DNA of 64,000 nucleotides from Chlamydiales bacterium (GTDB lineage Bacteria; Chlamydiota; Chlamydiia; Chlamydiales; JAAKFR01): NCBI GenBank assembly GCA_022601445.1, contig JAJACP010000009.1, positions 598 to 64,597 of the forward strand, read 5' to 3'. Shown piece by piece: positions 54,380 to 64,000 of this stretch (position 1 is its first letter; each line of letters starts with the position of its first letter). The notes under the pieces were generated by a model. It saw only the letters and a program-made list of their open reading frames with translations, ran no database searches and was not told where the DNA came from. The position numbers and the translations under genes were made by a program.

Positions 54380-54730
54380 ATGCAAGACTCTAAAGCGATC
54401 ACAAAGTTTATCCGAATTCCGCCCCGTAAGGCACGTTTAGCGGCTAATTTAATCCGAGGACGTTCAGTTGAAGAGGCGGGTATACAGCTTGGTTTTTGTA
54501 ATCTGAAAGCAGGCCGTCTCCTGAAAAAGACGCTTGATAGCGCTGTTGCAAACGCAGAAATGCAGTGGGACGCGCGTCGCGATCAACTAGTTGTTACAGA
54601 AGTGCGCGTAGATGAAGGACCTCGACATAAGCGTGCCAAATCGAAATCTCGTGGGGGACGAGCCCCGGTATTAAAAAGAACAAGCCACTTTACAGTGGTT
54701 GTCGGCGAAAAAGCAGCGAAGGAGCAATAG
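54380..54730 (+). CDS. rplV: 50S ribosomal protein L22
   Basis: 116 aa. [15 protein letters not shown] motif. Confidence 0.95.
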   Translation: MQDSKAITKFIRIPPRKARLAANLIRGRSVEEAGIQLGFCNLKAGRLLKKTLDSAVANAEMQWDARRDQLVVTEVRVDEGPRHKRAKSKSRGGRAPVLKRTSHFTVVVGEKAAKEQ

Positions 54731-54731
54731 A

Positions 54732-55370
54732 ATGGGACAAAAGGTCTGTCCGGTTGGTCTCCGTACAAGTGTAACGAAAAAATGGCGTTCGCTTTGGTAC
54801 GGAAATAAGCAAGAGTTTGGAACTCTTTTGATTGAAGACTTTAGAATCCGTGATTATTTGAAGAAAAAATCGTGTTGTCAGGGTGCTTCTCGTTTCACTA
54901 TTCGTCGTATGAGCGGAAAAATTGAAGTGACGATTCACACATCTAGGCCCGGCTTGGTTATTGGGAAGAAGGGAGCAGAGATTGATCAGCTTAAGTTTGA
55001 GCTCAGCCGCTTAACCGGTAAAGAGGTTTGGATTGAAGTCGAAGAAATTAAGAGACCTGACCTAGAGGCTCAGCTAGTGGCCGATAATATCGCGCATCAA
55101 TTGAAGAGACGAGTGGCCTTTCGCCGCGTGATGAAAAAGTCGCTCCAGTCTTGTATGGATGCAGGGTGTTTAGGAGTAAAAATTCAGGTTTCAGGACGTC
55201 TCGGGGGAGCAGAAATAGCCCGTTCCGAGTGGTATAAGGAGGGAAGAATTCCTCTACATACGTTGCGTGCTAATATTGATTATGCGACTGCCCGCGCTGA
55301 AACGACGTATGGTTGCATCGGTGTAAAAGTTTGGATTAACCATGGCGAAGAAGCGCAGGCGCCAAAGTAA
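54732..55370 (+). CDS. rpsC: 30S ribosomal protein S3
   Basis: The true start [11 protein letters not shown] is at 54732; the ORF-track start at 54699 overlaps rplV. KH domain and [10 protein letters not shown]. Confidence 0.96.
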   Translation: MGQKVCPVGLRTSVTKKWRSLWYGNKQEFGTLLIEDFRIRDYLKKKSCCQGASRFTIRRMSGKIEVTIHTSRPGLVIGKKGAEIDQLKFELSRLTGKEVWIEVEEIKRPDLEAQLVADNIAHQLKRRVAFRRVMKKSLQSCMDAGCLGVKIQVSGRLGGAEIARSEWYKEGRIPLHTLRANIDYATARAETTYGCIGVKVWINHGEEAQAPK

Positions 55371-55393
55371 TAGAGAGTTAAGGAGCTACGATC

Positions 55394-55813
55394 ATGTCGT
55401 TCATACCAAAGCGAACTAAGTTTCGTAAGCAGCAGAAAGGGAACCATACGGGCCTGAGTAAGGCCGGCAATTTTATTGAATTCGGTGATTTTGGAATGCA
55501 GGTATTGGATAGAGGCCGCATTACAGGACAGCAAATTGAGTCATGCCGGGTAGCGATCAATCGTTATTTTAAAAGGCGTGGAAAAGTTTGGATTCGCATT
55601 TTTCCTGATAAGCCGGTGAGTAAGAAGCCTGCTGAAACACGTATGGGTAAAGGTAAGGGCGCCCCTGACAGATGGGTAGCTGTTGTTAAGCCAGGACGTG
55701 TTCTTTTTGAAGTAGGAAATGTAACACGAGATGAAGCCCAAAACGCTTTACGACGAGCTGCAGCAAAGCTCGGCTTGAAAACGCGTTTTGTTGAGCGAGT
55801 AGAAAGAGTGTAA
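55394..55813 (+). CDS. rplP: 50S ribosomal protein L16
   Basis: 139 aa. [19 protein letters not shown]. Confidence 0.97.
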   Translation: MSFIPKRTKFRKQQKGNHTGLSKAGNFIEFGDFGMQVLDRGRITGQQIESCRVAINRYFKRRGKVWIRIFPDKPVSKKPAETRMGKGKGAPDRWVAVVKPGRVLFEVGNVTRDEAQNALRRAAAKLGLKTRFVERVERV

Positions 55814-55827
55814 GTAAGGAAAACGCT

Positions 55828-56028
55828 ATGAACAAAGCTAGTGAATTGAGAAATGAAAGTGACGAAGAGCTAGAGTTGAAGCTGGATACGCTTCACAAAG
55901 AGCTTTTCGAGCTTCGGAGCGAGCGGTTAGATAGCAAGACTCAAAAAACCCATTTGATTAAAGAGAAGCGCAAAAATGTAGCGCGGATTCTCACCATCAA
56001 AAGGGAACGAGAATTAAAGAGGGCATAA
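55828..56028 (+). CDS. rpmC: 50S ribosomal protein L29
   Basis: 66 aa. ELR..S.EEL...L..LKKELF.LR pattern. 1-nt overlap with rpsQ. Confidence 0.93.
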   Translation: MNKASELRNESDEELELKLDTLHKELFELRSERLDSKTQKTHLIKEKRKNVARILTIKRERELKRA

Positions 56029-56282
56029 TGGATCAAGCTCAAAGAGGAAGTCGTAAAGTTAAGACAGGTGTTGTGGTTTCGACAAAAGCCGAGAAAACGG
56101 CTGTCGTTCGCGTCGAAAGAACCTTTCGTCACCCGCTTTATGGCAAGGTTGTACGTAGCTCAAAGAAATATCATGCACATGATGAGCAAGCGAATACGCT
56201 GAAAGAAGGTGATGTGGTGACCATTGTAGAATCACGTCCCATTTCAAAGCTGAAGCGTTGGCGTGTGGTTAGAGAATCATAA
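56028..56282 (+). CDS. rpsQ: 30S ribosomal protein S17
   Basis: 84 aa. GVVVS.K..KT.VV.VER...HPLYGK, HDE...K.GD.V.I.E.RPISK. Confidence 0.95.
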   Translation: MDQAQRGSRKVKTGVVVSTKAEKTAVVRVERTFRHPLYGKVVRSSKKYHAHDEQANTLKEGDVVTIVESRPISKLKRWRVVRES

Positions 56283-56300
56283 TAAAAGTGGAATAGAACT

Positions 56301-56669
56301 ATGCTTCAACAGGAATCGCAACTCAAAGTTGCTGACAATACCGGGGCAAAAAAGGTCAAATGCTTCAAGGTAATCGGTGGATCGAAGCGTCGTTATGCAA
56401 AAGTCGGCGATATTATCATCTGCTCGGTTAGAGAGGCTGAACCAGAAGCTTCTGTTAAAAAGGGTGATGTTGTGAAAGCTGTAATTGTGCGCACACGCCG
56501 TTACATCAAGAGATCAGACGGCTCGTGGCTTCGGTTTGATAGCAACAGTTGCGTCATTATTGATGACAAAGGGAATCCGAAGGGAACCCGTATTTTTGGA
56601 CCGATTGCACGTGAAGTGCGGGATCGTGGCTATATCAAGATTAGCTCATTGGCTCCTGAAGTGATTTAA
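56301..56669 (+). CDS. rplN: 50S ribosomal protein L14
   Basis: 122 aa. [17 protein letters not shown]. Confidence 0.97.
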   Translation: MLQQESQLKVADNTGAKKVKCFKVIGGSKRRYAKVGDIIICSVREAEPEASVKKGDVVKAVIVRTRRYIKRSDGSWLRFDSNSCVIIDDKGNPKGTRIFGPIAREVRDRGYIKISSLAPEVI

Positions 56670-56685
56670 TTTTAAGAGGAAAACA

Positions 56686-57021
56686 GTGGGAAAAACATAC
56701 TTGCGTAAAGGTGATGAGGTCACAGTCATTGCAGGAAATGACAAGGGGAGAAGTGGTAAGGTTCTCTCCAAAAATGGTGATCGCGTGGTTGTTGAGGGAG
56801 TAAACGTGCGCAAAAAGCACATGAAGCCAACTCAAGAGAACCAGAAAGGGCAAATCATTGATATTGAATGTGGAGTGCACATTTCTAATATTAAGTCCTC
56901 TGTGAATGGGAAAGGCATCAAGCTACGTGCACGTTTTAATAAGAAGGGTGAAAAAGAGCTTTACTACTTAGACGGTCAAAAAGAGACGCTCTATCGTCCG
57001 GTAAAAAAACAGAAGAGTTAA
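56686..57021 (+). CDS. rplX: 50S ribosomal protein L24
   Basis: 111 aa, GTG start. KOW motif [19 protein letters not shown]. Confidence 0.94.
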   Translation: MGKTYLRKGDEVTVIAGNDKGRSGKVLSKNGDRVVVEGVNVRKKHMKPTQENQKGQIIDIECGVHISNIKSSVNGKGIKLRARFNKKGEKELYYLDGQKETLYRPVKKQKS

Positions 57022-57022
57022 C

Positions 57023-57562
57023 ATGTCCAGATTGAAAAAGAAATATCTCGAAGTGGTGAAGCCTAAGCTTCAAGAGAAATTTGCCTACGCAAATTGTATG
57101 CAAATTCCTGGTGTGAAAAAAATCGTTGTAAACATGGGACTTGCTGAGGGCGCGAAAGACAAGAATGCTCTGCAAGATGCATTGAACGAGCTTTCCATGC
57201 TGACAGGACAAAAACCCCAGTTAACCAAAGCACGCACATCAATAGCTGGTTTCAAGTTGCGTGAGGGGCAGACAGTCGGAGCCAAGGTCACACTGCGTGG
57301 AGTGAGAATGTACGAGTTTATGGACCGTTTTTTTAACATCGTCTCCCCTCGTATCCGTGACTTTCGCGGCTTCGCAAGAAAATGTGATGGCAGAGGATGT
57401 TATTCGCTGGGGATCGAGGATCAACAGATTTTTCCTGAGATCAATCTTGATCTTGTAAAGCGAACACAGGGAATGAATATTACCTTTGTTACCAGCGCCC
57501 AAACAGACGAAGAGTGTGTTGAGTTGCTAACAGGACTCGGCTTACCCTTCAAGGAAGCATAA
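57023..57562 (+). CDS. rplE: 50S ribosomal protein L5
   Basis: 179 aa. RLKKKY start and L5 central motifs ([21 protein letters not shown]). Confidence 0.96.
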   Translation: MSRLKKKYLEVVKPKLQEKFAYANCMQIPGVKKIVVNMGLAEGAKDKNALQDALNELSMLTGQKPQLTKARTSIAGFKLREGQTVGAKVTLRGVRMYEFMDRFFNIVSPRIRDFRGFARKCDGRGCYSLGIEDQQIFPEINLDLVKRTQGMNITFVTSAQTDEECVELLTGLGLPFKEA

Positions 57563-57581
57563 TTTAGAAGGAGATGCATTC

Positions 57582-57977
57582 ATGGGGAGTGACCCAATTG
57601 CTGATTTATTAACACGGATTCGTAATGCCTCTTCAGCGAAACATCGTTATCTCGATGTGGACTGGAGCAAAATGCGCGAAGCGATTGTCAAGATTCTCAA
57701 AGAGAATGGGTTTGTGGCCCACTATCTGGTTAAAGAAGAGAATAAACGTAAAACCATGAGAGTCTTCCTCAAGTATACCTCCGATCGAGTAGGAGTGATT
57801 CACGGTTTAAAGCGAGTCTCTAAACCCTCGCTGCGTAAATATATTCCTTCCCAAAAGATTCCAACAGTTTTGGGTGGAATGGGAATTTCAATAGTTTCCA
57901 CATCAAAAGGTGTGGTGGATGGAAAAACAGCTCGTGAGCTGAATATAGGCGGAGAACTGCTCTGCCTGGCCTGGTAA
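57582..57977 (+). CDS. rpsH: 30S ribosomal protein S8
   Basis: 131 aa. [13 protein letters not shown]. Follows rplE directly, with no rpsN between them. Confidence 0.96.
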   Translation: MGSDPIADLLTRIRNASSAKHRYLDVDWSKMREAIVKILKENGFVAHYLVKEENKRKTMRVFLKYTSDRVGVIHGLKRVSKPSLRKYIPSQKIPTVLGGMGISIVSTSKGVVDGKTARELNIGGELLCLAW

Positions 57978-57998
57978 TGAAGTAGGAGTGACGATTAT

Positions 57999-58538
57999 AT
58001 GTCTCGTAAAGCGCAAGTCCCTGTTGCTCTAGCGCAAGGGGTAGAAGCACAGTTAAGTGGAAAAACACTCACCGTGAAAGGGCCGAAGGGAACCTTAACG
58101 CGCGAGTTGATGGAAGGAATAGAAGTCTCTATTGAGGGTGGTCAAATTAAAGTGACTTTAGCTCCGAGTATGAGCCACGCTTCTAATTTTTTAGGGCTCT
58201 ACTGGTCTTTGATTACCAATATGGCGGTTGGAGTCGCTCAAGGCTTTGAAAAGCGTCTTGAAATGATTGGAGTAGGGTATCGCGCAGCTGTGCAAGGCAA
58301 CTTGCTTGACTTGCAAGTCGGTGTCTCGCATCCTGTCAAGCTCGCCATTCCAGAAGGAGTAGAGGTGAGTGTGGAGAAGAATACACAGATTTGTGTCAAG
58401 GGAATCGACAAGCAATTGGTGGGACAGTTTTCTGCTGATATCCGTTCTAAACGTCCTCCTGAGCCCTATAAGGGTAAAGGAATCCGCTACGTAGGCGAGT
58501 ATGTACGCCGTAAAGCTGGAAAAGCTGGAAAAAAATAG
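57999..58538 (+). CDS. rplF: 50S ribosomal protein L6
   Basis: 179 aa. SR.. start and two repeated L6 domains; [11 protein letters not shown]. Confidence 0.96.
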   Translation: MSRKAQVPVALAQGVEAQLSGKTLTVKGPKGTLTRELMEGIEVSIEGGQIKVTLAPSMSHASNFLGLYWSLITNMAVGVAQGFEKRLEMIGVGYRAAVQGNLLDLQVGVSHPVKLAIPEGVEVSVEKNTQICVKGIDKQLVGQFSADIRSKRPPEPYKGKGIRYVGEYVRRKAGKAGKK

Positions 58539-58547
58539 GCTTAAATA

Positions 58548-58919
58548 ATGGAAAGTAATCAAAAAAATACGACAAACAAGCGCAGGAAAAGAGTGATGCG
58601 TACGCGTAAGCGTGTACGCGGGTGTGAGCAGAAGCCCCGTCTTTGCGTAATTAAGACGAATACAAATATTTATGTGCAGCTTATTGATGATGAGAAATCG
58701 TTGACTCTAGCAAGTGCCTCAACATTATCAAAAGAATTTCGCACCACAGAATTTAACAAACGGAACCAAACATCTGCAAAACAGCTAGGCTTAAAGATTG
58801 CTGATCTAGCGAAAAAGAAGGCTGTCTCAAAAGTTGTCTTTGATCGCAGTGGCGCAAAATACCACGGAGTCTTGGCAGCTGTTGCAGATGGTGCCCGAGA
58901 AGGCGGACTGGAGTTTTAG
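58548..58919 (+). CDS. rplR: 50S ribosomal protein L18
   Basis: 123 aa. PRL.V..TN..IY.Q.IDD and YHG....A.A.GAREGGL.F. Confidence 0.95.
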   Translation: MESNQKNTTNKRRKRVMRTRKRVRGCEQKPRLCVIKTNTNIYVQLIDDEKSLTLASASTLSKEFRTTEFNKRNQTSAKQLGLKIADLAKKKAVSKVVFDRSGAKYHGVLAAVADGAREGGLEF

Positions 58920-58931
58920 GAGATACTCAAC

Positions 58932-59408
58932 ATGGCAGGAAAACACGACGATAATCTAGAAGAGAAAGTTCTCTTTGTTAACCGCTGTTCTAAAGTTGTC
59001 AAGGGGGGGCGTAAATTCAGCTTCTCAGCCCTAATTTTAGTTGGGGATCACAACGGCCGCGTGGGTTTTGGTTTTGCCAAGGCAAACGAATTGACAGATG
59101 CGATCCGTAAAGGTGGAGAGGCAGCGCGTAAAAACATGATTACTTTTGAGATGAACGGTACTACGATTCCTCACGAGGTACTCGTAGACTATGATGGCGC
59201 TAAGCTACTTCTTAAGCCAGCCCCCGAAGGATCGGGTGTTGTGGCGGGATCCCGGATACGTTCCATTCTCGAATTTGCCGGATTACGGGATGTTGTGGCT
59301 AAGAGCATTGGTTCTAACAACCCAATTAATCAGGTAAAGGCTACATTTAAGGCACTGTTACAGTTGCGTAGCCGTGAAGCCGCTTTGGCAATTAGGGGGC
59401 AAGCATGA
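58932..59408 (+). CDS. rpsE: 30S ribosomal protein S5
   Basis: 158 aa. VNRCSKVVKGGRKFSFSALILVGD..GRVGFGFAKA. Confidence 0.96.
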   Translation: MAGKHDDNLEEKVLFVNRCSKVVKGGRKFSFSALILVGDHNGRVGFGFAKANELTDAIRKGGEAARKNMITFEMNGTTIPHEVLVDYDGAKLLLKPAPEGSGVVAGSRIRSILEFAGLRDVVAKSIGSNNPINQVKATFKALLQLRSREAALAIRGQA

Positions 59409-59848
59409 CAGTTAAACTAGAATCATTATCCAACTGTTCTAGAGAATCTAAAAAGCGCAAACTGCTAGGAAGAGGAACAGGCTCCAAGCGCGGTAAAACG
59501 TGTGGACGTGGCCATAAGGGAATGGGCGCGCGTTCAGGCTATAAAACGCGTTTAGGTTATGTGGGGGGAGGAGTTCCTTTGCACAAGCGTGTTCCTACAC
59601 GTGGTTTTTCCAATGCCCGTTTTGCACGTAAACTTGATGTGATTAATCTCGATCAAATTGAAGCGGTCTACCAGGATGGCGAGGTCGTCAATTTAGAGAG
59701 TTTAAAAAGTAAAGGGTTCCTTAGCGGACAATCCAATGGCGTTAAAGTCTTAGCTAATGGCAAACTGTCTAAAAAAGTAACTTTTCAAGTTGAAGCCTTC
59801 TCCAAGGGAGCACTTGACAAACTAAAAGAAGCTGGGATTCCGACTTAA
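59405..59848 (+). CDS. rplO: 50S ribosomal protein L15
   Basis: 147 aa. GRG.GS..GKT.GRGHKG. ATGA overlap with rpsE; no rpmD between them. Confidence 0.95.
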   Translation: MTVKLESLSNCSRESKKRKLLGRGTGSKRGKTCGRGHKGMGARSGYKTRLGYVGGGVPLHKRVPTRGFSNARFARKLDVINLDQIEAVYQDGEVVNLESLKSKGFLSGQSNGVKVLANGKLSKKVTFQVEAFSKGALDKLKEAGIPT

Positions 59849-59850
59849 TT

Positions 59851-61215
59851 ATGTTCGACACATTCAAGCGCATCGCGAGTATACCGGAACTGAAAAGCAA
59901 AATCGTCTTTACATTGTTAATGCTGGTCGTTTGTAGGATCGGTGTTTTTATCCCCGTCCCAGGGATTAATGGCGAGTTGGCATTAGCCTACTTTAAGCAA
60001 GCAACAGGGGGCGGACAAAACCTCTTTCAACTTGTGGATATATTTTCTGGTGGTGCTTTTGCCCAAATGACCGTAATCGCACTGGGTGTTGTTCCTTATA
60101 TTTCAGCTTCGATCATCATGCAGCTTTTAATGGCGCTGATGCCTAATCTGCAGCGAGAGGTACGAGAAAATCCGGATGCCGGTAGACGTAAAGTCAATAA
60201 ATACACCCGCGTTCTTACCGTCTTTTTAGCGATTGTGCAGTCAACGCTTTTTGCCCGTTATGCAATTGGGATGAATCTCTCTAATCCAGGTATTATTCTC
60301 CCTGAAATGCTCCGCGCTCAGATGTTTGGTATGCCCTGGATCTTCTTTTTAGTGACCATTTTGACGATGACAACCGGAACTGTCTTTTTGATGTGGGTTG
60401 GTGAGCAGATCACAGAGAAAGGGATTGGTAATGGGATGAGCTTGATCATTACGCTTGGTATCATCTCTTCGCTTCCTAGCACTATGGGATCTGTGATCAA
60501 GCAGCTTAATCTCGACTCACAAGAGCCTGGACAGCTCACTTTTTCCTCGCTACTCGTCCTCTTTGCGGTCTTTGTTTTTGTGATTATAGCGACCATTTTG
60601 ATCATTCAAGGAGTGAGAAAAATACCTGTTCAATACGCAAGACGGGTGATAGGAAGGCGTGAAACACAAGGGGGGGGCTCTTATGTCCCTCTAAAGATCA
60701 ATTATGCGGGTGTGATTCCGGTGATTTTTGCCTCATCACTTTTAATGTTTCCTGGAACGTTAGCACAGTTTTTGGGACGTGAGGGCTTTTTTGGGGCGAT
60801 CGCAAGTGCAATGAGTCCAGGTAGTGTCGTCTACATGTCTGTGTATGTCTTGTTGATTTTGTTTTTCACCTACTTTTGGACAGCAACACAGTTTCATCCT
60901 GAGCAAATTGCCTCGGATATGAAAAAAAATGGAGCCTTTATCCCTGGTATACGTCAAGGAAAGCCGACGCAAGATTTTTTAGAATCTACAATGAATCGCA
61001 TTACCCTGATAGGGGCTATTTTTCTTGCGATCATTGCTATCCTTCCATCGATTATCGGTAAAATATTACATATTGATCCGAGTATTAGTTATTTCTTTGG
61101 GGGAACTGCTCTACTGATTTTAGTCGGGGTTGTTCTTGATACCATGAAACAGGTGGAATCCCATCTGATTATGAAAAGATATGAAGGGTTCATGAAAAAA
61201 GGAAAAGGAAGGTAG
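59851..61215 (+). CDS. secY: Preprotein translocase subunit SecY
   Basis: 454 aa, 10 [16 protein letters not shown] and [14 protein letters not shown] motifs. Confidence 0.97.
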   Translation: MFDTFKRIASIPELKSKIVFTLLMLVVCRIGVFIPVPGINGELALAYFKQATGGGQNLFQLVDIFSGGAFAQMTVIALGVVPYISASIIMQLLMALMPNLQREVRENPDAGRRKVNKYTRVLTVFLAIVQSTLFARYAIGMNLSNPGIILPEMLRAQMFGMPWIFFLVTILTMTTGTVFLMWVGEQITEKGIGNGMSLIITLGIISSLPSTMGSVIKQLNLDSQEPGQLTFSSLLVLFAVFVFVIIATILIIQGVRKIPVQYARRVIGRRETQGGGSYVPLKINYAGVIPVIFASSLLMFPGTLAQFLGREGFFGAIASAMSPGSVVYMSVYVLLILFFTYFWTATQFHPEQIASDMKKNGAFIPGIRQGKPTQDFLESTMNRITLIGAIFLAIIAILPSIIGKILHIDPSISYFFGGTALLILVGVVLDTMKQVESHLIMKRYEGFMKKGKGR

Positions 61216-61306
61216 TTCAGGAGATTCTTAAACTTGATTTTATCTCTCCTGTTTGATAGGATCTTTGAACATTCAAACCTAATAATTATTAAATGAGAAA
61301 AAGTTT

Positions 61307-61675
61307 ATGCCACGCTTAATCGGAGTAGACATTCCTGGAAAGAAGAGACTTGTTATCAGCTTAACCTATATCTATGGGGTAGGCCGAACACGTTCGGAAG
61401 AGATTGTTGAGAAACTGGGATTAGATCCTAACATGCGCGCAGACAATCTTTCAGGTGAAGAGATCGTCCGCATTAATGGAATGCTCCAGTCAGATTACGT
61501 TGTTGAAGGGGATCTACGCAGACAGGTACAGAGCAACATTAAGCGATTGATTAACATTCATTCTTATAGAGGGCAACGGCATAGAGCTGGACTGCCTGTT
61601 CGTGGCCAACGCACACAGACGAACGCCCGCACACGAAAAGGTAAGAAGAAGACTGTCGCTGGTAAAAAGAAATAA
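61307..61675 (+). CDS. rpsM: 30S ribosomal protein S13
   Basis: 122 aa. [28 protein letters not shown]. Confidence 0.96.
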   Translation: MPRLIGVDIPGKKRLVISLTYIYGVGRTRSEEIVEKLGLDPNMRADNLSGEEIVRINGMLQSDYVVEGDLRRQVQSNIKRLINIHSYRGQRHRAGLPVRGQRTQTNARTRKGKKKTVAGKKK

Positions 61676-61698
61676 CTTTTAATTGAGGAGAATCTCTC

Positions 61699-62103
61699 TT
61701 GGCAAAACAAGCACAAGCAAAAAAGGGTGGTAGAACCCGGAAAAAGGTCGTGCGTAACGTCCCAGCAGGCGTTGTCCATGTTAAAGCTACTTTTAACAAC
61801 ACCATTATCGCGATTACAGACCCTGCTGGTAATGTTGTCTCATGGGCTTCGGCTGGTAAAGTTGGCTATTCCGGTTCACGTAAATCTTCTGCATTTGCTG
61901 CAACCGTAGCTGCTCAAGATGCCGCTAAGCTTGCCATGACGATGGGAATGAAAGAAGTTGAGGTAAACTTGAAAGGTCCGGGAGCGGGCCGTGAGTCTGC
62001 GGTTCGGGGTTTAATTAGCACAGGCCTAATGGTCTCTGTTATCCGCGATAAAACTCCAGTGCCCCATAACGGATGTCGACCCCGCAAGCGACGAAGAGTA
62101 TAA
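61699..62103 (+). CDS. rpsK: 30S ribosomal protein S11
   Basis: 134 aa. [11 protein letters not shown]...W.SAG..G..GSRKS..FAA and PHNGCRP.K.RR. Confidence 0.96.
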   Translation: MAKQAQAKKGGRTRKKVVRNVPAGVVHVKATFNNTIIAITDPAGNVVSWASAGKVGYSGSRKSSAFAATVAAQDAAKLAMTMGMKEVEVNLKGPGAGRESAVRGLISTGLMVSVIRDKTPVPHNGCRPRKRRRV

Positions 62104-62116
62104 GGAGAACCTAAGC

Positions 62117-63214
62117 ATGCCATCAGTTCTATATAATAAATTCGAAATGCCTGAGATGATCAAAGTCGATGAAAAGACGGCTTCGAGCACTTACTGCCGT
62201 TTCATTGCAGAGCCGTTTGAGAGAGGCTTTGGTCACACGATTGGAAATGCGCTTCGTCGCATGCTCCTTACCTCTATCGAGGCTCCAGCAATCATCTCCT
62301 TCTTTATGGAAGGAGTGCCACATGAGTATATGGCCGTTGAGGGAGTTGTAGAAGATGTCACCAATATCGTTTTGAATCTGAAAGGAGCTCTTTTAAGAAG
62401 GCTTCCGCTTGATGATGTGCCCAATGCGCGTGAGCAAAAAGTAGTTACAAAAATGTTAGAAGTGACACAAGAGCATCTTGCAGCCAATGGTCAGTACGTT
62501 GTCACGCTAGGAGAGCTTTTCTCTTCGGGAGATTATGAGGTTGTAAATCCGGATCTTCCCATTTTTACAGTAACTAAGCCTATGACGCGCCGCGTTGAGT
62601 TAAAAGTCTCAATTGGAAGAGGGTATGTTCCTTCGGAGCGTCATGAGATCACCAATCATATTGTGAATGAGATTGTAACAGATTCTACTTTCTCCCCAGT
62701 ACGTCTTGTGAACTACTTTGTAGAAGACACACGGGTTGGTCAGGATACCGATTTTGACAGACTAATTCTAGAAGTGCGTACAGATGGACGTGTTACCCCA
62801 CAAGAGGCTCTTGCTTTTGCATCAAAAATTTTGGTGAATCATTTGGGAAGTTTCCAAACAATTGATGAGCGCGAGATCTCTTTTGAAGAGGCTAAGACTA
62901 CAAGTGACAGTGATTTAGATGATTTGATGGCTAAGCTCGTTTTGGGAATCAATGAAATTGAGCTATCGGTCCGTTCTACCAACTGTTTAAATGGTGCAAG
63001 TATTGAGACAATTGGTGAACTGGTTGTGATGCCTGAGCCTAAACTGTTGCAATTCCGCAACTTTGGAAAAAAATCTTTAAATGAGATCAAAGCTAAGCTG
63101 ACAGAAATGGGATTAGGCTTAGGGATGGATTTATCTCGCTTTGGGATTACACAGGACAATGTAAAAGATAAGATCCAAGAATATTTAGATGAACATAAAG
63201 GGGCAGCGCTATGA
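62117..63214 (+). CDS. rpoA: DNA-directed RNA polymerase alpha subunit
   Basis: 365 aa. N-terminal domain [15 protein letters not shown] and C-terminal domain [11 protein letters not shown]...I..IGELV. No rpsD between rpsK and rpoA. Confidence 0.96.
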   Translation: MPSVLYNKFEMPEMIKVDEKTASSTYCRFIAEPFERGFGHTIGNALRRMLLTSIEAPAIISFFMEGVPHEYMAVEGVVEDVTNIVLNLKGALLRRLPLDDVPNAREQKVVTKMLEVTQEHLAANGQYVVTLGELFSSGDYEVVNPDLPIFTVTKPMTRRVELKVSIGRGYVPSERHEITNHIVNEIVTDSTFSPVRLVNYFVEDTRVGQDTDFDRLILEVRTDGRVTPQEALAFASKILVNHLGSFQTIDEREISFEEAKTTSDSDLDDLMAKLVLGINEIELSVRSTNCLNGASIETIGELVVMPEPKLLQFRNFGKKSLNEIKAKLTEMGLGLGMDLSRFGITQDNVKDKIQEYLDEHKGAAL

Positions 63215-63639
63215 GACATCGCAAGAGGTCTTTAAAGTTAGGACGTACCACCTCTCACAATCGGTGTATGCTTGCAAATATGCTAAAGTCGCTCATTGAA
63301 GAAGAGCGTATTGTCACAACCGTTGCAAAGGCAAAAGAGCTAAGACGTCATGCAGATCGCATGATTACAGTGGCGAAGAAAAATACATTAGCCAGTCGGC
63401 GCTATGTTACGGGGAAGTTAATGGTGCGTTATAATCCATTAACAAGCAAGCAGCAGAGACTAGTAAAAGAGGGAAACACCTCTGTTTATAATTTAGATCG
63501 CCGTGTTGTCAATAAGTTGTTTGATACGTTGGGACCTCGCTTTGACAACCGAAACGGCGGCTACACCCGCATTATACGTGGTGGTAACCGTATCGGTGAC
63601 AATGCGCAAACATGCGTGTTGGAATATCTAAGTGAGTAA
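63211..63639 (+). CDS. rplQ: 50S ribosomal protein L17
   Basis: 142 aa. MRHRK....LGR...H....L.N....L. ATGA overlap with rpoA. Confidence 0.95.
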   Translation: MRHRKRSLKLGRTTSHNRCMLANMLKSLIEEERIVTTVAKAKELRRHADRMITVAKKNTLASRRYVTGKLMVRYNPLTSKQQRLVKEGNTSVYNLDRRVVNKLFDTLGPRFDNRNGGYTRIIRGGNRIGDNAQTCVLEYLSE

Positions 63640-63714
63640 AGGATAAGTTGCTTTTTTCACTCCAAGAGACTACTTTACATTTCATTGGAATGATTTGATT
63701 AGGAGGAAGCAACC

Positions 63715-64000
63715 GTGGAAGTGAGAGTCGCAATCAATGGTTTAGGGCGCATTGGCAGACACGTTCTGCGTTACGCGCTTAAGCGTTCAGGAATTAACGT
63801 TGTTGCTGTAAACGATATTGTTCCACCGGATAATTTAGCCTATCTACTCAAGTATGATTCTACACATGGCCGTTTTGAGGCAAAAATCGAGTCTCGAGAG
63901 GGCGAGTTAGTTGTAGATGAGCATAAAGTTAGAGTTTTCTCAGAAAAAGATCCGGCTAAATTACCATGGAAAGAGCTGGATATCGATTATGTGATCGAGT
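63715..64000 (+). CDS. gapA: Glyceraldehyde-3-phosphate dehydrogenase (5' part, runs off the window)
   Basis: GTG start 7 nt after SD aggagga. [17 protein letters not shown]...VVAVND...[14 protein letters not shown] is the GAPDH NAD-binding N-terminus. Not in the ORF track because it is open-ended. Confidence 0.9.
   Translation, partial: MEVRVAINGLGRIGRHVLRYALKRSGINVVAVNDIVPPDNLAYLLKYDSTHGRFEAKIESREGELVVDEHKVRVFSEKDPAKLPWKELDIDYVIE

Noticed and set aside
60670-60677. G8 homopolymer as a possible phase-variation tract
   Set aside because: It lies inside essential secY, encoding QGGGSY in frame. Slippage would be lethal, so it is not a contingency locus.
61218-61251. Hairpin after secY as a terminator
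   Set aside because: It has only a 7-bp stem (caggaga/tctcctg) with a 20-nt loop and no proper T-run. rpsM-rpsK-rpoA-rplQ probably continue the transcript or use their own promoter in the 91-nt spacer.
1-64000. CRISPR arrays, tRNA/rRNA genes, transposases, integrases and prophage genes
   Set aside because: I read the larger intergenic regions (12923-13134, 15489-16029, 21981-22103, 24604-24807, 29777-29964, 32457-32544, 42278-42381, 51257-51511, 61216-61306, 63640-63714). I saw no cloverleaf-like tRNA candidates, no regularly spaced repeat-spacer arrays, and no recombinase-like ORFs. A tRNAscan, Infernal or ISfinder run would be needed to exclude small RNAs formally.

Overview
The window is a compact, gene-dense bacterial chromosome segment, about 90% coding, with many ATGA-type overlaps and no rRNA, tRNA or CRISPR that I could recognise by eye. 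The gene content points to phylum Chlamydiae, probably an environmental (non-Chlamydiaceae) lineage. Supporting genes are an Ntt-type ADP/ATP translocase, UhpC, RsbW and Mip-like FKBP. As I recall the C. trachomatis map, two blocks are collinear with it: trxA-trmL-mip-aspS-hisS-uhpC...dnaE and lnt-lpxC-fabZ-lpxA-fmt-(Cap1 position)-rplC...rplQ-gapA. PdxST, an ABC/TolC-like exporter and other accessory genes suggest a larger environmental-type genome. Housekeeping content includes rho, coaE, polA, sppA, pgk, pdxS/pdxT, engB, tsaE, aspS, hisS and dnaE. It also includes envelope genes (BamD-like, LptE-like, DD-carboxypeptidase, lnt, lpxC/fabZ/lpxA), fmt, and a 23-gene ribosomal protein/secY/rpoA cluster running from rplC to rplQ. 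Six things stand out. (1) At 13.1-15.7 kb, divergent from ntt, five tightly coupled paralogous small membrane proteins plus a truncated sixth copy sit in tandem; each carries two bilobed hydrophobic hairpins and resembles an inclusion-membrane (Inc) protein. (2) Next to this is a recombination scar: a 31-nt exact duplicate of the pgk 3' end brackets a truncated AAA+ ATPase gene. (3) A Fic-fold protein with a degenerate catalytic motif lies in an accessory three-gene block between uhpC and dnaE, together with a seven-bladed YVTN propeller and a small beta-barrel OMP. (4) A divergent protein occupies the Cap1 (CT529) position between fmt and rplC. (5) A 141-bp element with 26-bp terminal inverted repeats overlaps the thiamine pyrophosphokinase start codon. 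(6) A 13-nt exact direct repeat occurs in the rplC leader. All functional calls come from motifs and gene order read by eye; no searches were run.
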